Source of the DNA: an uncultured Pseudomonadales bacterium
GTDB lineage: Bacteria > Patescibacteriota > Microgenomatia > UBA1400 > UBA12028
Reading direction: 5' to 3'
Assembly (NCBI GenBank): GCA_964635905.1
Contig: CAZWPK010000004.1
Coordinates: 25,012-89,011 of the forward strand
Length of the DNA stretch: 64,000 nt
The notes beneath the pieces are model-generated. The model did no database searches. It worked only from the letters and a program-made list of their open reading frames with translations, and was not told the origin of the DNA. This document shows positions 26,610-37,282 of this stretch, piece by piece (within the stretch, counting starts at the first letter, position 1; every line of letters begins with the position of its first letter). Made by a program: the position numbers and the translations under genes.

Positions 26610-28799
26610 GTGGGACGACGTCGAAAATCTTCACCAATAAAACTACAAATTCGCCAAGACTTGGCATATTCCATTGCAAGCCTAGTGTTTTTTGCGTTTG
26701 CAGGCCTAACAATGTTCGCCTTTCGCGGTGAAGGTCATGTCTTTTCCGTGGTCAATTCACTCCTCCGGGGCTGGTTTGGGGGAACGTCCTTATTAGTTCC
26801 GTTTCTTTTCTTTAGTGCGGGTCTCATGCTCACACGCATTAAATGGGCATTTGCCAAACCGCATGTCTTCTTAGGCGCAATGATTCTGTTTTTGGGAAGT
26901 ACGAGTCTGTTCTCCGAAGGGGCGTTTGGAATTTTAGTCTTTGAATGGCTGGCAGATACCATTTCGGCCACTGGGGCGAGTTTTGTGTCCCTGTTAGTAA
27001 TCATTGCTGGGTTTTTGATCATGACGGATACGGGACTTAACGACATTATTCACTTTATTGGCTCCATCTTTGAAGTGGTACCGAGTAAACCGGTCTTAAA
27101 CGTAAAACCCGTCAAAGGCTTGGAAGAAGAGGAAGAGGAAGGTAAAGACGATGCCAAAGCGGATTTGTTCGCGGATACCAAGATCCAAGTCTTAGATAAT
27201 CCAGTGCCTGCGCACGCAGCACCACTGGTAAAAACAGCATCCCCGGCAATGGACCCAGAAAAGAAAATCGAATTACTTAAAAAAGTAGAAGAAGCAACCG
27301 CGCCAAAAGCGCAACCGGCTAAAAAAGAACCCGATGAACAGAAATTCCAAGTCTGGACATTACCACCCGTTACATTGTTGGATCTCAAATCCGGTGGACA
27401 GGCAAATCGAGGTGATGTGCGTTCCAATGCAGAAGTGATTGAGAAAACCTTAGATTCATTTGGAATTACTGCCCGTATTGTTGAAGTAAACCGCGGTCCT
27501 GCGGTGACGCAATTTGGACTGCAAATTGGAACCGGAACGAAACTGTCAAAGATTACGGGACTGGCCAATGACTTGGCGTTAGCGTTGGCGGCTCCCACGG
27601 GTCAAATCCGTATTGAAGCTCCCATTCCAGGGAAATCCCTCGTCGGTGTGGAAATTCCCAACATCAGTAGTGAATTCGTTACCTTGCGCACCATGCTGTT
27701 ATCCGAGCAAATGAAGAAGGTGCCATCTAAATTGGCAGTTGCCTTAGGCCTAGACGTTTCTGGAAAACCGGTGGTGATTGATATTGGCAAGATGCCACAC
27801 TGTTTGATTGCCGGTGCAACCGGCTCTGGAAAATCTGTCTGTATGAATGCCTTTATCGCCAGTATCTTGTTTCGTGCCACCCCAGAAGAAGTGAAGTTTA
27901 TTATGGTAGATCCCAAGCGAGTGGAACTCACACAGTACAATGACATTCCGCATCTGTTAACCCCAGTGATCACTGATACCCAAAAAGTGTTAGGAACCTT
28001 GCAATGGGCGGTCAATGAAATGAACAATCGCTACAAGCTGTTTGCGGAAGTGGGAGTGCGTAACATTTCTGCGTACAACGAAATGGCAGGATTCCAAGCC
28101 ATGCCGTATATCGTGATCGTCATTGACGAGTTGGCGGACATCATGTTGCTGTCACCAGCCCCAGTCGAAGAAGCCATTACGCGAATCGCGCAAATGGCCC
28201 GTGCCGTCGGGATTCATTTAATCTTGGCTACGCAGCGACCGTCCGTCAACGTCATTACGGGACTGATTAAAGCTAACGTCCCAACCCGTATTGCCTTCAA
28301 TGTGTCATCGATGATTGATTCCCGTGTGATCCTCGATTCGCCAGGTGCCGAAAAATTGCTAGGTCGTGGAGATATGTTATACATCCCACCCGATCAAGCC
28401 AAACCAACCCGTGTCCAAGGAACTTTTGTGGCCGACCATGAAATTTCGCGACTGATTGAATTTATTCGTCAGCAGGGACGACAACCTACCTACGTCCATG
28501 AAATCCAAGAAAAATTCCAAACCGTTGTACCTACTTCTGCAGGAGGATCGAAAGAAGGGGGAACAGCCGATAAGGATGAACAACTGATGGTCGATGCGAT
28601 TCGCGTCATGTTGCAATACAACAAAGCCTCCGTCTCTGTCTTACAGCGACGATTATCGCTTGGATACGGACGTGCCGCACGCATCATGGACATGTTGGCC
28701 GAAGAGGGTGTGGTCGGTGACGATCAAGGCAGCAAAGGGCGTGAGATCAATGTGACCAGGGCACAAGAATTTGTTGCCCAACGTGAAGCAAACGCCTAA
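26610..28799 (+). CDS. ftsK: DNA translocase FtsK/SpoIIIE
   Basis: 4 TM helices, 'RIEAPIPGK', 'AGATGSGKS', 'IDELAD', 'LATQRP', gamma domain 'LQRRLSLGYGRAARIMD'. Confidence 0.97.
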   Translation: MGRRRKSSPIKLQIRQDLAYSIASLVFFAFAGLTMFAFRGEGHVFSVVNSLLRGWFGGTSLLVPFLFFSAGLMLTRIKWAFAKPHVFLGAMILFLGSTSLFSEGAFGILVFEWLADTISATGASFVSLLVIIAGFLIMTDTGLNDIIHFIGSIFEVVPSKPVLNVKPVKGLEEEEEEGKDDAKADLFADTKIQVLDNPVPAHAAPLVKTASPAMDPEKKIELLKKVEEATAPKAQPAKKEPDEQKFQVWTLPPVTLLDLKSGGQANRGDVRSNAEVIEKTLDSFGITARIVEVNRGPAVTQFGLQIGTGTKLSKITGLANDLALALAAPTGQIRIEAPIPGKSLVGVEIPNISSEFVTLRTMLLSEQMKKVPSKLAVALGLDVSGKPVVIDIGKMPHCLIAGATGSGKSVCMNAFIASILFRATPEEVKFIMVDPKRVELTQYNDIPHLLTPVITDTQKVLGTLQWAVNEMNNRYKLFAEVGVRNISAYNEMAGFQAMPYIVIVIDELADIMLLSPAPVEEAITRIAQMARAVGIHLILATQRPSVNVITGLIKANVPTRIAFNVSSMIDSRVILDSPGAEKLLGRGDMLYIPPDQAKPTRVQGTFVADHEISRLIEFIRQQGRQPTYVHEIQEKFQTVVPTSAGGSKEGGTADKDEQLMVDAIRVMLQYNKASVSVLQRRLSLGYGRAARIMDMLAEEGVVGDDQGSKGREINVTRAQEFVAQREANA

Positions 28800-28832
28800 C
28801 CAGTTATTTTTCACTGCATCTACAAAAGCACT

Positions 28833-29465
28833 ATGATGAAATCTGTTGGAGAATTATTGCGGTCCAATCGTGAGAAGCAAAAAAAAACGTTAGAATCGAT
28901 TGCTAAAACCACGCAAATTAAACTGGAATATTTGCAAGCTCTAGAAGAGGATGAGTTTCATCGCTTGCCCTCGATTGTTGCCGCAACTGGATTTTTGGTC
29001 ACCTATGCACAAGCCCTAGAGCTAGATCCAACGACTGCCGTTGCTCTCATGCGGCGCGACTTTCCCACGGTGCAAGATGTGTCGTATCCGATTCTAGTGG
29101 TCCGACGACATGCGCGCGAGCAACGAAAACGCATCATTGGGATCGCACTTTCATTATTAGCAGTTTTTCTAGTCTTAGTCTCTGGCTATGGATTTTGGAG
29201 CTATCAGCGCGTCCGACAAGCTCCGCGGGTGACGATTCTTTCCCCAGAAGATGGCGAACAAGTGATCTCTCCAGTGGTGATTCGAGGCAAAACAGCGTCA
29301 GATGCCATCGTCGAAATCGATGGACAATCCATCGGTGTGAATCAAGATGGAGACTTTGTGACCCAACTCGATTTAAATCCGGGCGATCATGTGATCAGTG
29401 TAAATGTGAAAAACCGTTATGGAAACGCTCAGTTAACGCAGGTCATGATCAAGGTAGAAAAGTGA
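28833..29465 (+). CDS. RodZ-like HTH-TM protein with a C-terminal Ig-like domain
   Basis: 'VGELLRSNRE..TQIKLEYLQALEE', TM helix, Ig-like 'LNPGDHVISV'. Confidence 0.8.
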   Translation: MMKSVGELLRSNREKQKKTLESIAKTTQIKLEYLQALEEDEFHRLPSIVAATGFLVTYAQALELDPTTAVALMRRDFPTVQDVSYPILVVRRHAREQRKRIIGIALSLLAVFLVLVSGYGFWSYQRVRQAPRVTILSPEDGEQVISPVVIRGKTASDAIVEIDGQSIGVNQDGDFVTQLDLNPGDHVISVNVKNRYGNAQLTQVMIKVEK

Positions 29466-29517
29466 TTCAAGACCTGTACAATACGGTGTACGTAGGGAAT
29501 ATATCTGGGAGATACTT

Positions 29518-29811
29518 ATGCAAGATCCAATTGTCATCTTATTAGTGGTTATTGTTGTACTGTTGTCCGTCATCATCGTGTCCTTTTTAGTTGTTCTGAC
29601 GATCGTGCTACTGGCGTTAAAAAAGACATTGATTCAACTGCAAGTTGCCATCGATAACGTGGAAGATACTGCACTGCGATCGTTGTCACCGCTGTTAAAT
29701 CTTCGCTCCATCGTTACCGATTTAGGTGGTTTTATGAGTGCGATTGGTTCGGTTACGTCGTTGTTTGCCAATAAGAAACGCACGAAATCACTCAAAGACC
29801 GTAACGATTAA
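29518..29811 (+). CDS. Small membrane protein
   Basis: Long hydrophobic N-terminal helix; GGGAGA SD. Confidence 0.7.
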   Translation: MQDPIVILLVVIVVLLSVIIVSFLVVLTIVLLALKKTLIQLQVAIDNVEDTALRSLSPLLNLRSIVTDLGGFMSAIGSVTSLFANKKRTKSLKDRND

Positions 29812-29849
29812 GCAGATTCTTTTCGTTTCCTTGGTATAATCATTCGGCT

Positions 29850-31733
29850 ATGACGATTTCTTTACTACGCTCTAAGTATCTGGAATTTTTTAAGGCACGT
29901 GGACATGTCATTGTTCCTAGTAGCCCGTTAGTTCCAGAGAATGATCCGACGACCTTGTTCACAGGTTCTGGGATGCAACCCATGATTACCTATCTATTAG
30001 GGGAAACCCATCCGCAAGGAACACGCATTGCAGATTCTCAAAAGTGTTTTCGTTCTCAGGATATCGAAGAAGTCGGTGACAATCGTCATACGACCTTTTT
30101 TGAAATGTTAGGTAACTGGTCCCTTGGAGATTATTTCAAAACCGAACAGATTGAGTGGATTTTTACCTTTCTGACTAGTAAGACCGAGGGATTAGGTTTA
30201 GATCCAAACCGCTTATTTGTCACGGTATTCCGTGGACAAGAAGATATCGGAATTCCCAAAGATACTCAAGCCGTGGACCTTTGGAAAACCCAGTTTAAAT
30301 CGGTGGGAATACTTGCCAAGGATATCGATCATTCGGATAGAGATGGTATGCAGGATGGACGCATTTTCTATTACGAAGCCAAAAAGAATTGGTGGTCACG
30401 TGCTGGGGCTCCGGAGAATATGCCGGTAGGAGAACCGGGAGGACCGGATAGTGAAGTGTTTTATGATTTTGGAGCAGATCGAAAGTTTCATGAGACGTCG
30501 AAATGGAAAGATGAGCCGTGCCATGTGAACTGTGACTGTGGCAGATTTATGGAGATCTGTAACAGTGTGTTCATGACCTACCGGAAAACGGAAGCAGGAT
30601 TTGTGCCCTTAGATCAACAAAATATTGATTTTGGCGGAGGACTGGAACGCATGATTGCAGCGGTGGAGAATACCGTAGACGTCTTTGAAACCGACGCGTT
30701 TTCAACCTTAATTGCAAAAATCGAAGGTCTGTCAGGGAAATCCTATGACAGTAGTGAAACCGTGACGCGATCCATGCGCGTGATTGCAGACCATCTCAAA
30801 GCTGCTGTGATGTTAGCCTCCGATGGAGTCTTTCCATCTAATAAAGGTCAGGGGTATTTTGCCCGTAGACTTTTGCGCCGCTGTATTCGTGTTGCGCATA
30901 CGCTCGGAATTGAAACACAGTTCTTATCAACGTTAGTTCCAGTGGTCATCGATGCCTACAAAGAAGCCTATCCCAATCTCGAGAAGCATTCACAACTAAT
31001 TGTGGAACAAATCGATCAAGAAGAAACCAAGTTTAGAAAAACGCTTGCCAAGGGACTCAAGGAGATTGAAAAAGTCGGAACCTTGGATGGCAATAGTGCT
31101 TTTAAAATGTACGAAACCTATGGCTTCCCACTAGAACTCACGCAAGAAATTGCGATCGAACGCGGACAGCACGTGGATACCGCGCAGTTCCAAGCTGAGT
31201 TTAACAAGCACAAAGAACTGTCTCGTTCTGCTTCCTCAGGAATGTTTAAGGGTGGTCTGGCAGACCAATCCGATATCACCATCAAATACCATACAGCCAC
31301 CCATCTATTGCAAGCAGCACTCCGAAAAATCCTTGGAACCCATGTGCAACAAAAGGGAAGTAACCTCACCGGAGAACGGCTGCGGTTTGATTTCTCTCAT
31401 CCTGCAGCTCTATCCGATGAAGAAAAGAAACAGGTAGAAGATCAGATCAACAGCTGGATAACACAAGATTTGCCGGTTACCAAAGAAATGATGTCAAAGC
31501 AAAAGGCTCTAGATTCTGGAGCTATTGCGTTCTTTATTGAAAAGTATCCCGACGAAGTCTCCGTGTATACGATCGGAAGTGATCCGAAAACAAATTGGAT
31601 TTCGAAGGAACTCTGTGGTGGACCTCATGTCGAACACACCGGAGTAATTGGTCCGATACAAATCTACAAAGAAGAAGCCGTATCTGCAGGGACGAGACGG
31701 ATTTATATTCGACTGAATAGTAAAGTCAACTAA
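29850..31733 (+). CDS. alaS: Alanine--tRNA ligase (short form without C-Ala)
   Basis: 'DPTTLFT', 'HTTFFEMLGNWS', 'GGGLER', editing 'HTATH'/'ELCGGPH'; ends after 'GTRRI'. Confidence 0.97.
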   Translation: MTISLLRSKYLEFFKARGHVIVPSSPLVPENDPTTLFTGSGMQPMITYLLGETHPQGTRIADSQKCFRSQDIEEVGDNRHTTFFEMLGNWSLGDYFKTEQIEWIFTFLTSKTEGLGLDPNRLFVTVFRGQEDIGIPKDTQAVDLWKTQFKSVGILAKDIDHSDRDGMQDGRIFYYEAKKNWWSRAGAPENMPVGEPGGPDSEVFYDFGADRKFHETSKWKDEPCHVNCDCGRFMEICNSVFMTYRKTEAGFVPLDQQNIDFGGGLERMIAAVENTVDVFETDAFSTLIAKIEGLSGKSYDSSETVTRSMRVIADHLKAAVMLASDGVFPSNKGQGYFARRLLRRCIRVAHTLGIETQFLSTLVPVVIDAYKEAYPNLEKHSQLIVEQIDQEETKFRKTLAKGLKEIEKVGTLDGNSAFKMYETYGFPLELTQEIAIERGQHVDTAQFQAEFNKHKELSRSASSGMFKGGLADQSDITIKYHTATHLLQAALRKILGTHVQQKGSNLTGERLRFDFSHPAALSDEEKKQVEDQINSWITQDLPVTKEMMSKQKALDSGAIAFFIEKYPDEVSVYTIGSDPKTNWISKELCGGPHVEHTGVIGPIQIYKEEAVSAGTRRIYIRLNSKVN

Positions 31734-31771
31734 ATTGTTTTTTTCTTACGTACATCTATACTAACTAAATT

Positions 31772-32501
31772 ATGACCGATACTGACAATTCCTACAAAAG
31801 CATGATAAGAGATCTGAATGATCGAAAACGATTGATAGAAAAGATACTTCACCCCAAGGTTCCACTCGAGAAGCTGCGCTTACAATGGAGCTAAATGATG
31901 ATGAAGCAAAACAAAAAGAGGTTGAATTTGTTGATGAACAGGAGAAGAGGAAATCAAACGTTTTTTCAAGAATTGTAGATAGACTACGACATAGGGATGA
32001 AGGCAAAACCAGTGAACCGACAATTCGACAAAAATTAAACTCTGAGCTGGTGGAGCGGTCTGGATCGTCAATATTAAATACGATCCGAAGCAGCAGGGAT
32101 TTTGATGAAATTCGGAGTTTTTCCGCGCTTGATGCAACCTATACTTTGCCTGATCAAATTGTTAAAACTTAAATGCGGAACAATTATCACTACTAGAGAG
32201 TAGAATTTATGATTCTTGTGATTCGCGGATTAGGCAACTTCACTTCGAAGTTGCAGGTACTTTTATTGAACAAATAACTGAAGCATCGACTGTACCTGAG
32301 CTGGCTCGAGTCGTTGATATGTATGCAGATCAAATTAACTATGGTGACTCTTACAGCATCATTTTGGATGCAGCAATAAAAAGAAGATTTTCAACAACAA
32401 ACATTGTACATCCAAGCGCGGAAGATATTTATAACACTCGAGACATTGTTGAACGCAAACTCCAGGAAAAAAGACGAGAACTTACATCAAAGACAAAATA
32501 G
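31772..32501 (+). pseudogene. Orphan gene broken by two single-base frameshifts
   Basis: Three overlapping open frames (from 31772, 31822 and 32166) join into about 243 aa if one A is added to each AAAA run (~31825, ~32165); TATACT upstream of the ATG. Confidence 0.55.
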
Positions 32502-32634
32502 ATAAAGTTGCGAAGTTTTGTGATTTTTATCAATAAACGCATTGTCAAGATTTGTACGTCTGCAGTTGATTTCTTCCCTCATTTCTTCATAATGAGTAGT
32601 ACTCCACTAGCAACTGGAGGGTTCGTTCTACCCT

Positions 32635-34650
32635 ATGAAACTGCCATTTCTTGGCTCCTCTCAACCAGTCCATTCAATCTATTCCATCGCCATCAGTAGT
32701 GGTGTCGTTTGGGCTTCCAGTTGGCATGTAGAGGGAAGTGAGATTAAAGTTGATTCGATTTCTGAACCCATCGAATGGGATAGTAATGATGAAGAAACCT
32801 TGCTAGAAGCAGTAGATACTGCGATAGCAAACTTTCCCGCAGCCGCGGAAATCTTATTTGCTCTTCCTGATGATTGGGTCAATGGTCAGGGAATTGCCCA
32901 AACAAAAAAACCGCTATTACGTACCCTCACGCAAAAGTTAGAACTCCATTCTGTGGGATTTGTCGTGACAGCAGAAGCCGTCATCGCTCGGCTCACGGAA
33001 CAATCCAATACTCCTTTTAGTGCGGTTTGTGTGTTTGTCGAAGAACAATCATTTGTCGTCTCATGTGTGCGTCATGGCCAATCGTCATCACTGATTCGGG
33101 TTGGGAGAAGTGGAGAGAGCGTGAATGATTTGATGGAGGCATTTAGCCGACTCAAAGCAACTGATCTTCCATCCCTCTTAGTTCTCTCAACCTTGTCTGC
33201 TTCCGACGAAGAGTTGCAGGAACTCGCCAATGAGATCACCTCCAATAACTGGAATCCATCGTTATTTCAACAGTTGCCAAAGATCCTCCATATTGAGCCT
33301 AAACAAGTACTCATTGCGGTGTCGCAGACTGGTGGCAAGGAAGTGGCAAAAGTCCTTGGGTTTGCAACTGCCAAACCAGAGGCTGCCCATACACCCCCAA
33401 GCTTCACTCCCGTCGTTGCACCCCAGCAGGAAGAAACTGAAGAGCCAACTCAAGAAGAAGAGCTCGTTCACGACGATGATATGGATGGTCAACGGGCATC
33501 GTTGTTATCCAGACTTCCAAAACCAGTTCTTGTGGGTGGAGTGATTCTTCTTCTCCTGGGTGTAGCCGGAGCACTTGCATCGTTTTTGTTCTTGCCGAAT
33601 CTAACCAAAGCCACGGTGGCAATTACCTCCAAGTCTAATCAGCTTTCCATGAGTCAGACCGTTATTCTAGATCCAAAAGCAGAATCACCTACAGAGTCCA
33701 CACTTCCGGTGAGCCTAAGTTCCACCCAAGTTACCGGTTCCAAAGAAGTCCCGACCACAGGGAAGAAAACCGTGGGAGATAAAGCGAAAGGAACAGTCAC
33801 AATCTATAACAAGACGTCCCAAGCCAAAAGCTTTCCAGCGGGATCCACAGTCAAGTTTGGAAAGTTGTCTTTTGTGACGGATGAAGAAGTGAGTGTTGCT
33901 AGTGCAAGTTCGACGATGAGTGAGACTGTCCATGGGAAAGCCACAGTGAAGGCGACGGCATCCGTACCTGGAGAAGAGAGTAACATTGGATCTAATCAAG
34001 AGCTCATTGTGGGCACCTATGACCAATCGGCGTTCATTGCCAAAAGCGAAACAGCCTTTATAGGTGGTAACAGTAAGAGTGTAACCTCGGTAACGCAAAA
34101 AGATCAGGACGAAGCGGTCAAAGCACTAACAGTCGATTTGAAAGAACAAGCCAAAGAGGCGGTCAAACTTACAGCCAATGAGGTTCAAGAGGTGATTGTT
34201 CTCGATGATCTCGTTGTTACTTCAAAAACCTTTAACCAGCCAGTGGGAGCGGAAGCGAGCTCTGTTTCGGTCACCATGAATGCAAGTGCCTCTGGGTTGC
34301 TGTATACCAAGGGTCAAATGCAATCCTTTGCCAAAGAGAAACTCCAAATCCAAGCTGCGGGGCAGTCCCTTGTGGAACCAAGCGTCACCGTCGAAGTGAC
34401 TGGACAAAAACTACTGGGGAAACAGCAGGTGGAACTTACCCTTGCATTGTCTGCACAAAGTAAGCCAACCGTCGATCCCACCTCGATCGCAAAAATACTG
34501 GCTGGAAAAAATCTAGAAGAAAGTAAAGCCTTTTTGGATTCTCAGGATTCGATTGCATCCTACACCATAACCACATCGCCCTCTTTCTTACGTGTGTTCA
34601 CATCCAAGCTACCTAAGAATGTCGACCATATTACCGTCACCGTTGACTAG
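32635..34650 (+). CDS. CPR membrane protein: FtsA/actin-like N region, TM, baseplate-J-like C region
   Basis: 'TTGKKTVGDKAKGTVTIYN', 'VKATASVPGEESNI', 'FIGG..VTQKD' resemble CPR baseplate J/gp47-annotated proteins. Confidence 0.65.
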   Translation: MKLPFLGSSQPVHSIYSIAISSGVVWASSWHVEGSEIKVDSISEPIEWDSNDEETLLEAVDTAIANFPAAAEILFALPDDWVNGQGIAQTKKPLLRTLTQKLELHSVGFVVTAEAVIARLTEQSNTPFSAVCVFVEEQSFVVSCVRHGQSSSLIRVGRSGESVNDLMEAFSRLKATDLPSLLVLSTLSASDEELQELANEITSNNWNPSLFQQLPKILHIEPKQVLIAVSQTGGKEVAKVLGFATAKPEAAHTPPSFTPVVAPQQEETEEPTQEEELVHDDDMDGQRASLLSRLPKPVLVGGVILLLLGVAGALASFLFLPNLTKATVAITSKSNQLSMSQTVILDPKAESPTESTLPVSLSSTQVTGSKEVPTTGKKTVGDKAKGTVTIYNKTSQAKSFPAGSTVKFGKLSFVTDEEVSVASASSTMSETVHGKATVKATASVPGEESNIGSNQELIVGTYDQSAFIAKSETAFIGGNSKSVTSVTQKDQDEAVKALTVDLKEQAKEAVKLTANEVQEVIVLDDLVVTSKTFNQPVGAEASSVSVTMNASASGLLYTKGQMQSFAKEKLQIQAAGQSLVEPSVTVEVTGQKLLGKQQVELTLALSAQSKPTVDPTSIAKILAGKNLEESKAFLDSQDSIASYTITTSPSFLRVFTSKLPKNVDHITVTVD

Positions 34651-34692
34651 TCTTCTGCCTGTATTTTGAGTACACTGAATGCGTATCCTCCT

Positions 34693-35505
34693 ATGGCAGT
34701 CATTCGTTACACAAAACACCGTCCTGTTTCTCGACCACCAGTACGAACCAAGATCAAACGCGAACGGATGATCAAATTATTTGTGTTGCATCGATTAGCA
34801 CCCTTCTTTCTCATGGCCACCGGTGTATTCTTACTGGTGAGTGTGGTGTTTCCCATTTTAAGCTCGGAATTGAATCGGTCGACGTCGATTCAAGCTGGAG
34901 CAACACAGAATCTCTCTGAATCCGAATTGGCAATGGATTCGATATCTCCGCGAGAATATTTATTACCCACTCCCATTCCGACACCCATCATCGTTTCGGA
35001 CACTCTCGACTTTACCGATCTCTCTAACTGGTTTCCAGATTCGGTTCTTCCTATCGTTGAACCAAAAGAAGAAAAGCGCTATTTGATTTCCATTCCAAAA
35101 GTGAATATTGAAGATGCAGAAGTAGTCGTGGGTGGAAAAGAATTGGATGATCACTTAATCCAATATCCAGGGACATCTTTACCTGGTGATTTTGGAGCTC
35201 CGGTCATCTTTGGTCACTCGGTGTTACGTTCGTTCTATAATCCGGCAAAATCGAATCCACGTCGGTACATTTCCATTTTCTCAAAGATTATGACCTTATC
35301 AAAAGGTGATGAAATTCTCGTAAATGAAGATGGGGTGCACTATCGCTATCAGGTGCTCTCCAAAACCGAAGTTCAACCAACAGATTTATTCATTCTAGAG
35401 CAGCAACGAGATAGCCGACTTCTTAAATTAGTTACCTGTGTTCCGGAAGGGACCTATTTGCGTCGCGGAGTGGTGACGGCAGTCCTTGTAGAATCGAAGC
35501 GATAA
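34693..35505 (+). CDS. Sortase
   Basis: TM anchor; 'ISIPKV', catalytic His 'IFGHS', Cys 'LVTC', Arg 'LRR'. Confidence 0.9.
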   Translation: MAVIRYTKHRPVSRPPVRTKIKRERMIKLFVLHRLAPFFLMATGVFLLVSVVFPILSSELNRSTSIQAGATQNLSESELAMDSISPREYLLPTPIPTPIIVSDTLDFTDLSNWFPDSVLPIVEPKEEKRYLISIPKVNIEDAEVVVGGKELDDHLIQYPGTSLPGDFGAPVIFGHSVLRSFYNPAKSNPRRYISIFSKIMTLSKGDEILVNEDGVHYRYQVLSKTEVQPTDLFILEQQRDSRLLKLVTCVPEGTYLRRGVVTAVLVESKR

Positions 35506-35565
35506 CAAAGCTCTTCGATTTTTCGTGTATACTCACACCATCTTTATACCTGTTCTGATCCGTAT

Positions 35566-35976
35566 ATGAACTATCTTGCCCTCGATTATGGTACTCGTCG
35601 CATTGGCGTGGCTATCGCGACGACACCCTTAGCAGAACCACTCGTCATTGTGCAAAATAAACTGGCAAATGACCAAGCGATTATTACGGACTCCGCACTG
35701 CAATCGATCCTCGACTTAATCAAGCGTCATCAGATTGAAAAAATTGTGGTCGGTGTTTCCGAAGGGAAGACCGCCGAAAAAACACTGCAATTTTGTGAAC
35801 TGTTATCCAAAAAGACAGAGATTGTGATTGAACAAGTGGATGAGACGCTCTCCTCCTTTCATGCCGACGAACTGAGTCAGTTTCAAAAGAAATCGAAACG
35901 CGAAGCCGATAAAGATCACATAGCAGCAGCAAAATTCTTACAAGACTATTTAGATCTCCTACCGCAGACAATCTAA
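35566..35976 (+). CDS. ruvX: YqgF/RuvX nuclease
   Basis: 'LALDYGTRRIGVA', 'IVVG', 'VDETLSS', 'DHIAA..FLQDYLD'. Confidence 0.92.
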   Translation: MNYLALDYGTRRIGVAIATTPLAEPLVIVQNKLANDQAIITDSALQSILDLIKRHQIEKIVVGVSEGKTAEKTLQFCELLSKKTEIVIEQVDETLSSFHADELSQFQKKSKREADKDHIAAAKFLQDYLDLLPQTI

Positions 35977-36018
35977 GGGTTGTTTGATCGGGAGTTTTTT
36001 TTTACACTGTCACTTCAC

Positions 36019-36990
36019 ATGAAACGAACACCAATCTTGATAGGGGTATTCCTTTTTCTGGGGCTAGTAGTCATTACTGGCGTTGGACTTGTAGCTTTTC
36101 TATTTTTTCCGAAAGCACGAACTGCACCAACCCAAAAAATCGTCATCAAAAAGGGAGACACCCTTTTTAAAGTTGCAGCGCAGTTGGAAGAGGCTGGAAT
36201 TGTTCGCACTGCTTGGGGGATCAAAGTGGCAGCCAAAATAGGAACAGCTCCAACCATTCATCCGGGAACCTATGAACTATCACCGTCCATGAGCCCACAA
36301 CAAATTCTTGATACATTATCGACAGAACCAGAAGAAGCATGGGTGACTTTTTTAGAGGGATTGAGAGTTGAAGAATACGCGCAGGAAATGGAAAAGAATT
36401 TTCCCGACACTTTTAATACGCAGGAATTTTTGACGTTGGCCAAAGCCAAAGAAGGAAGGTTATTTCCGGATACCTATTTATTAGAAAAAAATGTTTCCCC
36501 ACCAATGTTGATTTCATTGCTGTCCAATACGTTTGATAAACGCTATGCCCAAGCAGGTGAGGGTGGAATGGTTGATACAGTACTGACTCAACAGCAATTA
36601 GTTGTATTGGCGTCGTTGCTAGAACGTGAGGCAAGAGGTGAAGACTCAATGAAAATGGTTGCTGGAATTCTGTTAAACCGACTTCGTATTGGGATGCCTC
36701 TGCAAGTGGATGCAACGCTACAGTATGCCAAAGGATATGATCGTAAGGCAGAGACGTGGTGGTCTACACCCAAATCGGAAGACAAAGCCATTGATAGCCC
36801 GTTTAATACCTACAAAAACACAGGCTTACCTCCCAGTCCGATTTGTAATCCTGGGCTACTGGCACTAAAAGCTGCCCTCTCTCCCACAAAGTCCAATTAT
36901 TTGTATTACATTTCCGATACGAAAGGTGCGATGCATTACGCGACGACCTATCCTGAACATCAAAAAAATATTGAAACCTACTTAAAATGA
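36019..36990 (+). CDS. mltG: Endolytic transglycosylase MltG
   Basis: 'EGRLFPDTY', 'LASLLEREA', 'LQVDAT', 'SPFNTY..GLPPSPICNPG', 'YLYY'. Confidence 0.95.
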   Translation: MKRTPILIGVFLFLGLVVITGVGLVAFLFFPKARTAPTQKIVIKKGDTLFKVAAQLEEAGIVRTAWGIKVAAKIGTAPTIHPGTYELSPSMSPQQILDTLSTEPEEAWVTFLEGLRVEEYAQEMEKNFPDTFNTQEFLTLAKAKEGRLFPDTYLLEKNVSPPMLISLLSNTFDKRYAQAGEGGMVDTVLTQQQLVVLASLLEREARGEDSMKMVAGILLNRLRIGMPLQVDATLQYAKGYDRKAETWWSTPKSEDKAIDSPFNTYKNTGLPPSPICNPGLLALKAALSPTKSNYLYYISDTKGAMHYATTYPEHQKNIETYLK

Positions 36991-37214
36991 GCGACGCTTC
37001 AGAACCAATTTTTATCACTCCTAAAACAGATCTTGTTCTCCTGGAAGATCGCTATGGTCTAGACGCGCTTCGTGGGGCAATGGATGATCCGAAACTCCCT
37101 GCAGAGATTCAATCAATTGTAGCGTTCTACGTACTATCAACTTCGAGTGGAACAGAGTTGAAGCGAGCAGTTGTTTCTGAATATCCAGCTGGATGGAAAC
37201 AGAGACGTCAATAG
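36987..37214 (+). CDS. Small hypothetical protein
   Basis: 75 aa; start overlaps the mltG stop region. Confidence 0.5.
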   Translation: MSDASEPIFITPKTDLVLLEDRYGLDALRGAMDDPKLPAEIQSIVAFYVLSTSSGTELKRAVVSEYPAGWKQRRQ

Positions 37215-37282
37215 TTCTTAGAGAATGTATCTGTGATGGTAGACACAGGAAATATTCAGCTTCTAAGCGTACAATAGCATAC

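Noticed and set aside
29850-31733. AlaRS truncation as a pseudogene
   Set aside because: Catalytic and editing motifs are intact; C-Ala-less forms are known in reduced genomes.
32635-34650. Baseplate-J-like protein as evidence of a prophage or contractile system
   Set aside because: No other tail, sheath or capsid genes; membrane-anchored and in a housekeeping context typical of CPR.
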